IMG/VR virus record: IMGVR_UViG_3300014835_000073
Strand: one strand, 5' to 3'
DNA from: a virus
Length of the DNA stretch: 64,000 nucleotides
Shown here in pieces: positions 1-11,500 of this stretch. The position numbers and the translations under genes were made by a program. How positions within the stretch are numbered: the stretch's first letter is position 1; the number at the start of each line of letters is the position of its first letter. Below the pieces are notes generated by a model. The model was given only the letters and a program-made list of their open reading frames with translations, did no database searches and was not told the DNA's origin.

Positions 1-2
1 CT

Positions 3-281
3 ATTGCGGTATTATCACCAGCGCCGACTAGTTCTTTTACTATAGTTGGCTGTAATCTATCAAATACTACTGATTATGAGGTAATTGTTGATATAACTAT
101 CACTGATACCGCAGGACATACTGGGAATTATATTAATAAATTAATAATAAATCCATATACTAGTTCAAAAGTGATCACTAATGGTGAAAAATTGATTATA
201 GCAGGTGCTTCAATTATGACAATAGTCAGTGATACAGTAGATAGCATTGATGCAACTATAAGCTACGCTGAAATAGTGTAA
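3..281 (+). CDS. 5'-truncated small virion structural protein
   Basis: Open frame from the window edge to TAA 279-281 (…VGCNLSNTTDYEVIVDITITD…GEKLII…DATISYAEIV); not in the ORF track because the start lies outside the window. Confidence 0.7.
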   Translation: MAVLSPAPTSSFTIVGCNLSNTTDYEVIVDITITDTAGHTGNYINKLIINPYTSSKVITNGEKLIIAGASIMTIVSDTVDSIDATISYAEIV

Positions 282-291
282 GGGATATAAA

Positions 292-660
292 ATGAATAAT
301 AATGTTTTTGGACAAACTGTCAGTGAAGCACTTGGAAATAACATCAGGTATCTTTATGGATTACGCAGAACAGATGAAGGCGATTTGTATTTTGTTAGCG
401 TGGACCAACTAAGTCGGGCGGATTCTATACAGCTAGATTTATCAAGCATATCTGGCAATTATGATGAAACAGGCATCATGAGCGGTTCTGACTTTATGAC
501 CGGACGTGATGCCACTCATAATTTAATAAATCAAAATATAACGTGGGAACAATTGCGATGGGATGATCGCCGAATTTATTATTATATGGATGCCAATGGC
601 GAATTTGTAGCTAGGGTTAACCAAAAATATAACTACAATTCTGAGGATAACAGGCCATAG
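292..660 (+). CDS. hypothetical protein, probably virion-associated
   Basis: 122-aa ORF, preceded by AGGG, in the tail gene cluster. Confidence 0.6.
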   Translation: MNNNVFGQTVSEALGNNIRYLYGLRRTDEGDLYFVSVDQLSRADSIQLDLSSISGNYDETGIMSGSDFMTGRDATHNLINQNITWEQLRWDDRRIYYYMDANGEFVARVNQKYNYNSEDNRP

Positions 661-738
661 TGAGATGTGATATGCGGCTTAGAAGCGGTGAATATATACT
701 AAATAATACTATTATGTTGAAATCAAGGAATTATTAAA

Positions 739-3700
739 ATGGCTGAGTTTAAATTAGGACGATTACGATTTGTATGGCAAGGTGCCTGGGTAACTGCTCA
801 TACTTATGTTAAAGATGATATTGTACGATATGGGTCGCATACATACGTATGTTTAGTGGGTGGTACCAGTAGTGCTGATTTTTACACCGATTTAAATGCG
901 TCAACTCCAGTGTGGAGTTTGATGTCATCTGGTATTGCTTGGCGAGGTAATTGGTCAATTAGTACTTATTATAAAATTGGTGATGTCATTAAGTATGGTT
1001 CTAATACATATGTATGTTACACTGGTCATACTTCAAGTGCTGCCGTTGATAGTGGTTTTTACACTGATTTAACAGCGCATTGGCAAATATTTACAACGGG
1101 TCAATCATGGTTAGGTAATTGGTCAATTAGTACTTATTATAAAATTGGTGATATTATTAAGTATGGTGCCAATACATATACATGTTACACTGGTCATACG
1201 TCTAGTGCCACTGTAAATGGTGGTTTTTATACTGATATGGCAGCGCACTGGCAGCTATTTGTAACTGGTCAGGTATGGTTGGGTAATTGGACAACTAGTA
1301 CTTATTATAAAATTAGTGATATTATTAAATATGGCGCTAAAGATTATATTTGTGTAATCGGGCATACTTCCTCTGGTACTATCGCTGGTGGTTTTTATTC
1401 AGACTTAGCGTTGTCTAATTGGACGTTGATGGTTGATGGCGTTGCGTGGAATGGTACTTGGGCAAATTCTAATTATTATAAAGTCGGTGACATTGTTAAT
1501 TACGGTGGTATTACTTATATCTGCGTGACTGGTCATTCCAGCCAATCAACTTTAGAATTGGATCAGGGTAATTGGTCGGTTTTTGTGCGTGGGATTGATT
1601 ATACGGGTATATGGTCATCAGCTAATGTAATTTACAAAATTAATGATTTGGTTCATTATGGTGCAAATATTTGGATATGTGTTGATGCTCATACTTCAAC
1701 TGTTGTGTTTGAGACCAATAAATTTAGTATATTTGTACAAGGCTTGGAGTATGTCAATACTTGGGATTCAAGTTCGTCATATATCATTGGTGATATTGCT
1801 ACGTTCGGTGGTTACACGTATACATCATTGACTACTGGGAACGTGGCAAATACTCCAGCTACGAGTCCTGCTTCATGGGCACCGTTTACAACTGGTTTTA
1901 CTATGGGCGGTTCCTGGGATGATGTGACTGCTTATTTAGTTGGTACGGTCGTTAATTATGGTGGTTATACTTACGTGGCGATGCTTGACAGTGTTGCGGT
2001 AAGTCCGCCATCTAGTCCTACTGCCTGGTGTTTGTTGAATACTGGGTTGTATAATCGGGGTAATTGGACATCCGGTGATGTATATCATCTAGGTGATATA
2101 GTTTCATTTATGTCTAGTTCGTATACTTGCGTGGCCGAGCATACTGCGTCTACGCCTGTTGATCCAGTGAATGATACACTTGGGGTATATTGGCACATAC
2201 TGGCACAAGGTAGTGCTAATAGTTTTAATACTACTACTGGTGACATTACGTATCGAGCAGCATCCGGTTCAGACGCACGATTGCCGCTGGGAACAGACGG
2301 ACAAGTTTTGCGAGTTACTGCTGGATTGCCCACTTGGGAATATTATGGTGTTATCACCAATGTGCATTATGTTTCAATTACTGGCACCGATGCTGTTGGT
2401 TACGGGCACACGTTAGATAAACCGTGGCGAACTATTCAATATTCATGCCAACAAATTAGTAATGGTACTCACAATCAGAGTGCTGCGTATTTATTAAAAG
2501 CCAACAGATCATGGGCAGTGGCTGAAATGTATTATTGGATGTTAGATCAAATGGCACATAATATTCCACCATTTAATGCCTCATCAGTTTGGTCAGCCAC
2601 ACAGGCACAGTTGGATGCCAGTTATATAGTTGACGCGATAGTATTTGATATGACACGCGGCGGTAATAGTCAGACAGTTGAGACAGCTCTTGCGTATTTT
2701 AATCCAACTGATCCAACTCAGTATTATAATGCAGCTACTGCATCGGCGATCGCGTATTTTAATCCTGCTATTAACAAATTACTAACTTTGTTGACTAACG
2801 CAATGAGTAATAGTGCGCCTGTTACTTCTTATCAATCGTTATATCTTCCAATGACCCCAGTTTCTATCACTGGTATTGTCGGAAATGGTGCAGTAGTTAC
2901 TGTTAGCTTTGCGACTGAGCCTAATGTACTATTTGACATAGGTGGCAATATCACAATTGCTGGCGTAGCTGCATATAATGGTACTTATACGGTAATTGCC
3001 GCTACTACCACCGGGGTGAGTTTTAATAGTAGTGTTACTACTGCTTGGGTTAGTGGCGGTACGGTAGTGGGTGTGCCATTTACTCAAACTATAAATTTAA
3101 GTTATACCACTGAATCTGGTTCTGTTGCGCTTGCGACATCGTTGGTTGGAATCATAACTTCCGCAATAACTGCTGGAAATACGTCAGCTATTCCATTGCC
3201 GAATCAAGGTGAGACTGTTACATTATTTGTTAAAAATGGTACATATGCTGAAATATTGCCAATTAGTGTACCAAATAATGTATCACTAGTCGGTGATGAA
3301 TTGCGTGGTGTGATAGTGGAGCCAATGAGTGGGTACTCTGGGAGTAATATGTTTTATGTCCGAAATGGATCTATTATTCGCAATATGACATTGACTGGAT
3401 TGCATGGCGTATTAAGTGCTCCCAATGCGTATGGTACTAAGCGACCGACTGGTGGTTCATTTATAAGTTTAGACCCAGGTACTGGTCCAACTGATACTAC
3501 TGTATGGATTAAAAATAGATCACCATATATTCAAAATGTCACGAGTACTAATTCATCTGGTACCGTTGGCATGAAAATTGATGGTAAATTGCATAATGGT
3601 GGTAATAAATGTATTTTAGCCAATGATTTCACTCAAATATTAAATGATGGAATTGGGGTATGGTGTACTGGTACTAGTGCACGGGCCGAATGTGTGTCAG

Positions 3701-5547
3701 TATTTACTTATTATAATTACATAGGGTATTTAAGTGAGGCTGGTGGGAATATACGAGCTGCTAATAGTAATCATACATATGGTACATACGGCGGCGTGTC
3801 AGAAGGGTATGATGTCACCGAAACTCCTGCAACCGGGGTAGTCACCAACCAAGCTAGTCAAGCTATTGTGACAAATGTATTAACTAATGGTAATAACATT
3901 CTATGGTTAGAATACTCCAATGCCGGACAACTATATACCGCAGCAACTTATTCAATATCAAGTTCCAATGGATTTGGTGCTTTTGTTAGTTCAATTAATA
4001 CTTACAGTAATGCCGTATGTGAAGTACGTATAACATCAGGTGGATCAGGCTACATCAGTACTATAAATTCGGCACAAACTGGTACTGGAACTAGTATTAT
4101 TTTATCAGCCGCTGATACTTCAACTACTGGCCAATATATTGGTATGCGTATTATAATAACGGCAGGTACTGGTGCTGGCCAATATGGATATATTCAAGCA
4201 TATAATGCCGGTACTAAAGAGGCTATTATATATTCTAATGGCATACTTGGATGGAATATCGCAGTTGCTGGTACGCTAGTAGTGCCAGTATTGGATCAAA
4301 CTACTACTTATTCAATTGAGCCACGGGTAACTTTTACCGGAGTTGGAACTGGTGCGTTAGCTAGAGCATCGGTCGTGAGTGGTGTTATAACTGCCATCCG
4401 GATAATAAATCCAGGCAGTGGATATACAAATGTCCCAACTATTGGTATTATTGATCCCAACGCAACTACTGTTGGAACATACACGCCTAGAATACAAAAT
4501 GGTGTATTAGGTCAGCCAACCTGGAGTAGTCGAGGTACTAATTATAATACTGCCGTGGTAACTGTTGCTGGCGACGGGTATGCTGAATTTTTGCAAATTG
4601 GATTTTATTTAAATATTCGCTCATTAACAGCCATACCAACTGCTGGTGCATCCATTACTATTGCTGGGAATGCCAATCATTATGCGGTAGTTGCGGTGAG
4701 TAACCAAACAGGTTCTGCTGGCAATTATACTGCGACACTTCAAATTAATCCAATGATAGGTAGTGCGTTAGCACCGGTTCACGGAGCTAGTGTTACTATG
4801 CGTTCACGGTATAGCCAAATGCGATTGACCGGGCATGATTTCGCATATGTTGGAACTGGTAATTTGGTAAGTACCAATTATCCAGGTATCCCATTGATTC
4901 CTGGCTCGGCATCGGCTCAAGTGCGTGAAAATAATGGCGGAAGAGTATTTTACAGCGCGACCGATCAGGATGGTAATTTTAATGTTGGCAATTTATTCAC
5001 TATTCAGCAAGCTACCGGGGTGGCATCATTAAATGTGAGTAATTTTAATTTATCTGGTCTATATAGTTTGCAATTGGGCGGTAGTGGTGCCACTGTGACA
5101 CAGTTTAGTACAGATGGTACGTTCACTGCAAATAGCGATGGATTATTGCCAACTCAAAAAGCAATTAAAACTTATATTGCCAGTCAATTAGGCGCGGGTG
5201 GTGCTAATTTGGCGGTCACGAGCTTGAGTGCCGGTAATGTGGTAATAAATGGTAATACTATAGTTAGCATAAATGGGGTTGATCTAACAATTCAAGCATC
5301 GGCTGGCCGTAGTGTGCAATTTCCAACGATGGTGACTCATGGTATAGGGTCACTTACTACGTATACCACTAATTCATCTATCGTTCATGATAGTGGTTCG
5401 ACTGATACCTATTCAACTGGATCTAGTTTAGTTCTAAATGGTACAACAGTGCTACCGGTACTGCCTGTGAATCCAACTGACCTTACTAACAAAAAATATG
5501 TTGACCGGGTATTGTCACTTAACAACCTATGGACGTCTGCTTGGTGA
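739..5547 (+). CDS. large tail/appendage protein with nine CBM5/12-like repeats and a probable beta-helix region
   Basis: Nine WxGxW…YxxGDxVxYGxxxYxC repeats at the N-terminus; central parallel-beta-helix-like segment (VYIRN…SPYIQNVT…NDFTQI…GIGVW); preceded by CTAAATA 699-705 and AAGGA. Confidence 0.75.
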   Translation: MAEFKLGRLRFVWQGAWVTAHTYVKDDIVRYGSHTYVCLVGGTSSADFYTDLNASTPVWSLMSSGIAWRGNWSISTYYKIGDVIKYGSNTYVCYTGHTSSAAVDSGFYTDLTAHWQIFTTGQSWLGNWSISTYYKIGDIIKYGANTYTCYTGHTSSATVNGGFYTDMAAHWQLFVTGQVWLGNWTTSTYYKISDIIKYGAKDYICVIGHTSSGTIAGGFYSDLALSNWTLMVDGVAWNGTWANSNYYKVGDIVNYGGITYICVTGHSSQSTLELDQGNWSVFVRGIDYTGIWSSANVIYKINDLVHYGANIWICVDAHTSTVVFETNKFSIFVQGLEYVNTWDSSSSYIIGDIATFGGYTYTSLTTGNVANTPATSPASWAPFTTGFTMGGSWDDVTAYLVGTVVNYGGYTYVAMLDSVAVSPPSSPTAWCLLNTGLYNRGNWTSGDVYHLGDIVSFMSSSYTCVAEHTASTPVDPVNDTLGVYWHILAQGSANSFNTTTGDITYRAASGSDARLPLGTDGQVLRVTAGLPTWEYYGVITNVHYVSITGTDAVGYGHTLDKPWRTIQYSCQQISNGTHNQSAAYLLKANRSWAVAEMYYWMLDQMAHNIPPFNASSVWSATQAQLDASYIVDAIVFDMTRGGNSQTVETALAYFNPTDPTQYYNAATASAIAYFNPAINKLLTLLTNAMSNSAPVTSYQSLYLPMTPVSITGIVGNGAVVTVSFATEPNVLFDIGGNITIAGVAAYNGTYTVIAATTTGVSFNSSVTTAWVSGGTVVGVPFTQTINLSYTTESGSVALATSLVGIITSAITAGNTSAIPLPNQGETVTLFVKNGTYAEILPISVPNNVSLVGDELRGVIVEPMSGYSGSNMFYVRNGSIIRNMTLTGLHGVLSAPNAYGTKRPTGGSFISLDPGTGPTDTTVWIKNRSPYIQNVTSTNSSGTVGMKIDGKLHNGGNKCILANDFTQILNDGIGVWCTGTSARAECVSVFTYYNYIGYLSEAGGNIRAANSNHTYGTYGGVSEGYDVTETPATGVVTNQASQAIVTNVLTNGNNILWLEYSNAGQLYTAATYSISSSNGFGAFVSSINTYSNAVCEVRITSGGSGYISTINSAQTGTGTSIILSAADTSTTGQYIGMRIIITAGTGAGQYGYIQAYNAGTKEAIIYSNGILGWNIAVAGTLVVPVLDQTTTYSIEPRVTFTGVGTGALARASVVSGVITAIRIINPGSGYTNVPTIGIIDPNATTVGTYTPRIQNGVLGQPTWSSRGTNYNTAVVTVAGDGYAEFLQIGFYLNIRSLTAIPTAGASITIAGNANHYAVVAVSNQTGSAGNYTATLQINPMIGSALAPVHGASVTMRSRYSQMRLTGHDFAYVGTGNLVSTNYPGIPLIPGSASAQVRENNGGRVFYSATDQDGNFNVGNLFTIQQATGVASLNVSNFNLSGLYSLQLGGSGATVTQFSTDGTFTANSDGLLPTQKAIKTYIASQLGAGGANLAVTSLSAGNVVINGNTIVSINGVDLTIQASAGRSVQFPTMVTHGIGSLTTYTTNSSIVHDSGSTDTYSTGSSLVLNGTTVLPVLPVNPTDLTNKKYVDRVLSLNNLWTSAW

Positions 5548-5581
5548 TAAATAATAATAACGATTTAGGAGTATTAAAAAT

Positions 5582-8500
5582 ATGACAACAGCAGCAAAAT
5601 ACGGTGCGCAGGATCTGAATGGTAATCCATTCAGTTATCAACAAATAGTTGCCCCAGTCTCATCGAACAATATAGTAGTCAATGCCACATTTGCTAATCG
5701 AAATGGCGCAGACGCAAAGGTACGATTAGCCGAAACATCAGTGCCATTAGTATCACAATCGGTGGCAAGTACTCAAGGATTATTTCCATTTGCCGCAACT
5801 GCTAGCGCAAATTCAATGATTATACCAACTGCACAAGCATTGACAGTAACTGACACGAGCTTTGGTAGTAACCTAATAACAACTGCTAGTTATGCTGTTT
5901 TTAGTACAATGGTTAATACTAATATAATCACATGTGTGGCTACCAAATCCTTTAATCTAGGTGAACCAGTTGTATTTGTTGGTTCGCTTGGTAATTTAAT
6001 TTCAGGTAATATTTATTATGTGTTGACTATTAATAGTGCCACTACTTTTACCGTTTCGACTTCATTGGGTGGCATTCCATTTGCATTAACTACCGCCACC
6101 GGTACTATACTTGTGCAAGAAACGGTGACCAATTTAGTAATAAATGAACCAATAATGTTTTCAGGTACTGGATTTGGTGGTATTACAAGTGGACTTTCCT
6201 ATTACGTATTGACCATAACTGATATGACATCATTTACTATCTCGACATTTCCAAGTGGTCCACCGGTATCAATGTTTACCGCGACTGGTAATCTTTCAGT
6301 TGGGTATAATCCAATGGTATCGACATTGAATCTATCATCAACCGCAGTTGGTACCAATGTTAAGACATTGCAGACACTGACTATTTCTACTGCAGATGTT
6401 GGTACTAATGTATTCACTTCTGCTAGCATTGCTGTTACCGCGACTACTTTGTCTACCAATTTAATAACTTCGGCTAGCACTGCCACGTTGACAGTTGGAC
6501 AACCAGTTGTATTTACTGGTTCGTTGGGTAATTTAGTTAGTGGTACACTTTATTATGTACGAAGTGTTATCAGTAGTACACAGTTTACTGTGTCGTCAAT
6601 CATTGGTGGTGTTGCTGTAATTTTGACAACAGCATCTGGTAATATCGTTGTTCAGCAATCAACTACTACTTTGGCAGTGAATCAGCCAATAGTATTTAAT
6701 GGTACCGCATTTGGTGGAGTGGTATCTGGAGTTAACTATTATATCTCGGCAATTTCCAGTAATACTACCTTCAAGGTGTCTTCTGTGCCAGGTGGTTCCG
6801 TATTTCAATTATATACCGCATCCGGTAACATGGTATTAGGAACAGCATCCTTGCCAGCCACATTAAGTATCGTTAATACTGCCGCAACAGCAATGCTTGG
6901 CACTGTTGCAGTAACTGCTACCACAACTGGTACGAATTTAATAACCGCAGCGACTACTTCATCATTGGCGATTGGTCAACCAATTGTATTCAGTAGTGCC
7001 ATAGGCAATTTACTAGTAGGTACTACCTATTACGTATTGGCTATTCCAACGCTCACGACATTCAGTGTGTCGGCATATGTTTCTGGATTAGCATTTCCAT
7101 TGAGTGATGCCATTGGTAACGTTACACTAAGTACACAGCAATCATTAAATATTGCAAGTGCCACGACTGGTAGTAATCAATTGACTACTGCCGTTGTTCA
7201 AACAACTAATACTACCGTTACTACTAATTTAATTACCGTGGTGTCTACTGCTGGATTTTATGTTGGTATGCCAGTTGTTTTTGCAGGAACGGTATTTGGT
7301 AATATTGTGGCCAACCAACTTTATTACATATTAACGGTCAATAGTTCAACTACTTTTGCGGTATCTATTAATATTAATGGCCCAGTGCTAGTACTATCTA
7401 CCGCAAGTGGCAGTTTATTAACTGTTCAGCAATCGACCACTGACGTTGGTGTTAATCAACCGGTTGTCTTTTCTAGTAGTACTCCAGCGCAAACATATAA
7501 CATAGCCAATACTACAACTGGTACCAATGTAGTAACTACTCGTGCGATACCGATTACTGCAACTACTACTGGTACAAATGTCATCACTGCAACTGATACG
7601 ACCTCATTATTTATCGGTCAACCGGTTGTATTTAATGGATCATTAGGAAATTTAATTGGTAGTACAATTTATTATGTTCAAAGTATCCCTACTAGTACTC
7701 AATTTACTGTATCTGCCACCTTTAGTGGAGTGGTATTTGCGTTAGATACTGCTGCTGGTAGTATTAATTACCAAGAGGCAACTACTAATTTAATTGTAAA
7801 TGAATTGGTTACATTTAGTGGATCGGTATATGGCAATTTAATAGCAGGCACTAATTATTATATACAAAGTGTGGTTTCAAACACATCATTTACTGTATCT
7901 TCTACTGTAAATGGTAGTATTACTTCGTTGGCAACTGCTACTGGTGTTATGGTAGCAAGTGTCACAATTCCAACTTATTCATTAACGCTTGGTAATACGA
8001 CAGTTGGCACTAATGTTATAACTAATTCAATAGTGGCAGTTACTGCCACTGCCGTTGCTACCAATTTAGTGACAATGAGTAGTACTGCCACCCTGACAGT
8101 TGGGCAACCCATTGTGTTTAATGGTACTGCATTTGGTAATATTGTAGCTGGTACTATTTATTATATACAAGCAATCCCATCTAGTACCACACTTGTCATA
8201 TCAGCCACTTTGAATGGTGAAATTTTTGTATTAAGTACCGCTAGTGGCACAATGAGTGTATCTGGTGCTACTACTGGGTTAGTTTTAAATCAGCCAATTG
8301 TATTTGCTGGTACTACCTTTGGTAATATCATTGCTGGTGCTATTTATTATATACAAAGCGTACCAACTGCACAGACATTTACCGTGTCAATTATGCCAGG
8401 TGGTTCTGCGTTTGCCTTAGTGACCGCAACTGGTACAATGACTAGTAGTATGCCAATTTTTGGCGGAGTATCTGCTAATATTACGTATTACGTTAACAGC

Positions 8501-11500
8501 GTTGTGTCTAATATCGCCTTCACTGTTAGTACTACCCCAGGTGGATCGCAATTTTCATTAACATCAGCAACTGGGTATATGCGAGTGATAGTTGGCCCAT
8601 CAGTAACTGCCAATACTAATATTTTAACTATTGGTGCACTTGCTGTCACTGCTACTACTGCTGTGACAAATGTAATAACTGTTGCAAATGCAAGCACACT
8701 GGCTATCGGACAAGCTATTGTATTCAATGGCAAATTGGGCAATTTGGTTACTGGTACTATATACTACGTATTGACCATACCATCTACTACAACATTTACT
8801 GTATCTGCAATATCGGGTGGTTCGATCTATTCATTGGCGACTGCCACTGGTAATATCACTGTGTCGCAGTCAACTGGTGGGTTGTCGCTGAATCAGCCTA
8901 TTATATTTGCGTCGGCGGCATTGCCATTGACGATTGGTAATACGACACATACAACTAATGTAGTTACTAGTGCAATAGTGGCAGTAACTGCCACCACGAC
9001 TGGTACTAATTTGATCACGGTAACTGATACCGGCACTTTAGTGGTAGATCAACCGGTTGTGTTTAGTGGATCATTGGGTAACTTAATTGGCGGAACTGTA
9101 TATTATGTTCGAGGTATTTCAAATTTAACCAAGTTCACCGTGTCAACTGTGGTTTCTGGTACTGTATTTGAATTAGCGACTGCCACTGGTAGTATTAATG
9201 TTCAACATGCGACCAGCAGTTTAGCAATCAATCAGCCAGTTGTTTTTTCAGGTTCTACTTTTGGTAATATAGTTGCTGGTACTACGTATTATGTTCAAAA
9301 TTTGGTGTCAAGTACTTCGTTCAGCGTGTCAACTTCAATTAATGGAACTGTGTTCGTATTAGCAACTGCTAGTGGAACGATGTCGGTAAATTTATCAACT
9401 GTTGGCGGCATAATTGCTGGAACTACTTATTATGTTCAAAATATTACGAATGATACCTCTTTTAGTATATCCGCGACGTATGGTGGTGGACCATTTATTT
9501 TGACTAATTTTAATGGCCTGATGACCGCGAATGTAACTGCCGTTGTGCCTGTTATAACTATTTCGAATACTACTGTTACCGCCAATGTATTAACGACTGC
9601 GTCAATAGCAGTGTCTGCGACTACTACTGGTACTAATTTAATTACTGCTACTAGTACGCTAACATTGGCGATAGGTCAGCCAGTGGTATTCAGCGGGGCG
9701 TTAGGTGGACTGGTTGCTAATGTATCATACTATGTATTAACTATTAATAGTATAACGCAGTTTACCGTGTCGTCTACGTTTAATGGTGTGGTATATTCAA
9801 TAACAACTGCCACTGGTAGTATTACCGTGTCACAGTCAACCGCAGCACTTGTAATAAATCAGCCATTATTTTTTACTGGAACGGGATTTGGTAATCTTGT
9901 TACTAGTACTACGTATTATGTACGATCGATTGTGTCATTGACACAGTTATCTGTGTCGCAGTCATTTGGTGGGTCAGTATTTATATTAACGACTGCAACT
10001 GGTACTATGGCATTTGGTGGCCCAGCACAAACGATGGTTGCTAGTAATACTACAATTACTACCAATGTTATTACGTTATATGCTATTACCGTTTCTGCAA
10101 CAGCTGCTGGTACTAATATCATAACCTGTGCTAGTACTTATTTCATGTCAGTTAATATGCCAGTGGTATTCAATAGCACGTATGGTGGGATAACTAGTGG
10201 GGTAATTTATTATGTTCAGAGTATACCTAGTTCCTTAACATTTACTGTTTCAATGTTGCCAAACGGGCCACAGGCTATATTGAGCACTGCAGTAACTACA
10301 TCTAGTGTTCAGCAAGCAACTACGAACTTATTACTTAATCAGTCAATTATATTTAGTGGTACCACGTTTGGTAATATCATTGCTGGCACGACCTATTATG
10401 TATTAAATATTGTATCTAGTTCGACGTTTACAGTATCAACTGTGCCTGGTGGAAGTGTATTTGTATTGGCAACTGCGACTGGGTTAATGCCATACTCCCC
10501 GATGTCCACTAGTGTGATTTCTATAAATTCGATTACTACTACACCTATTGCAATATCGAGTACATCCACTGTGACTAATCTAATCACTTGTATCAGTACT
10601 AGTACGTTGGTTATTGGGCAAGCTGTTGTTTTCAGTGGTAATTTGGGTAATTTATTGGGAAATACTATCTATTATGTATTGACTATTCCTAGTAGTACTA
10701 TGTTCACTGTTTCTATTGCATTATATGGTACAGCGGTGTCATTAAGCTCTGCTAGTGGGGTTATTAATGTTCAACAATCAACCTCATCTTTAACGATAGG
10801 CCAGCCAATTATATTTTCCAGTACATTGGCTCCTGTTACTATAGCAAATGCTAGTAGTTCTGGTAATGTTATCACATTAGCTGCCGTGACAGTTACTGCC
10901 ACGACAATAAGTACTAATACAATTACTGCCAGCAGTACTGCTACTTTATTAGTTGGTCAGTCCGTCGTTTTTAGTGAATCATTGGGTAATTTATTAGCAA
11001 ATACTATATATTATGTTCAAACTATTGTGAATTCTACCCAATTTACGGTGTCGCTGCTATTAAATGGAGCAGTAGTTTCATTGGTAACTGCGAGTGGTAG
11101 TGTTACTGTGACGCAATCAACTACTGGTTGGATAATTAATCAGCCGATTGTATTTACTGGAACGGGCTTTGGTAACATAGTTTCTGGTACTACTTACTAT
11201 ATTAACAGTGTACTATCCAGAACAACGTTTGTTATCTCAGCTGGGTATAATGGTACAGCATTTGTATTAGGTACAAGTGGTGGTACGATGACTGGCACTT
11301 TCGTCGCTTTTGGTGGATTGACGGTAAATTCTATATATTACATACAAAGTATACCAAGTCTCACCTCTATTATCGTTTCCAACATAATAGCAGCGCCGAA
11401 CAATGGTAATACAAATATAGTGGCATTGACTGCTGGGACTGGTTCACTTAATGCCACTGTCATATCACCGGTTCCATCATTGCCAATTTCGGCAACTACC

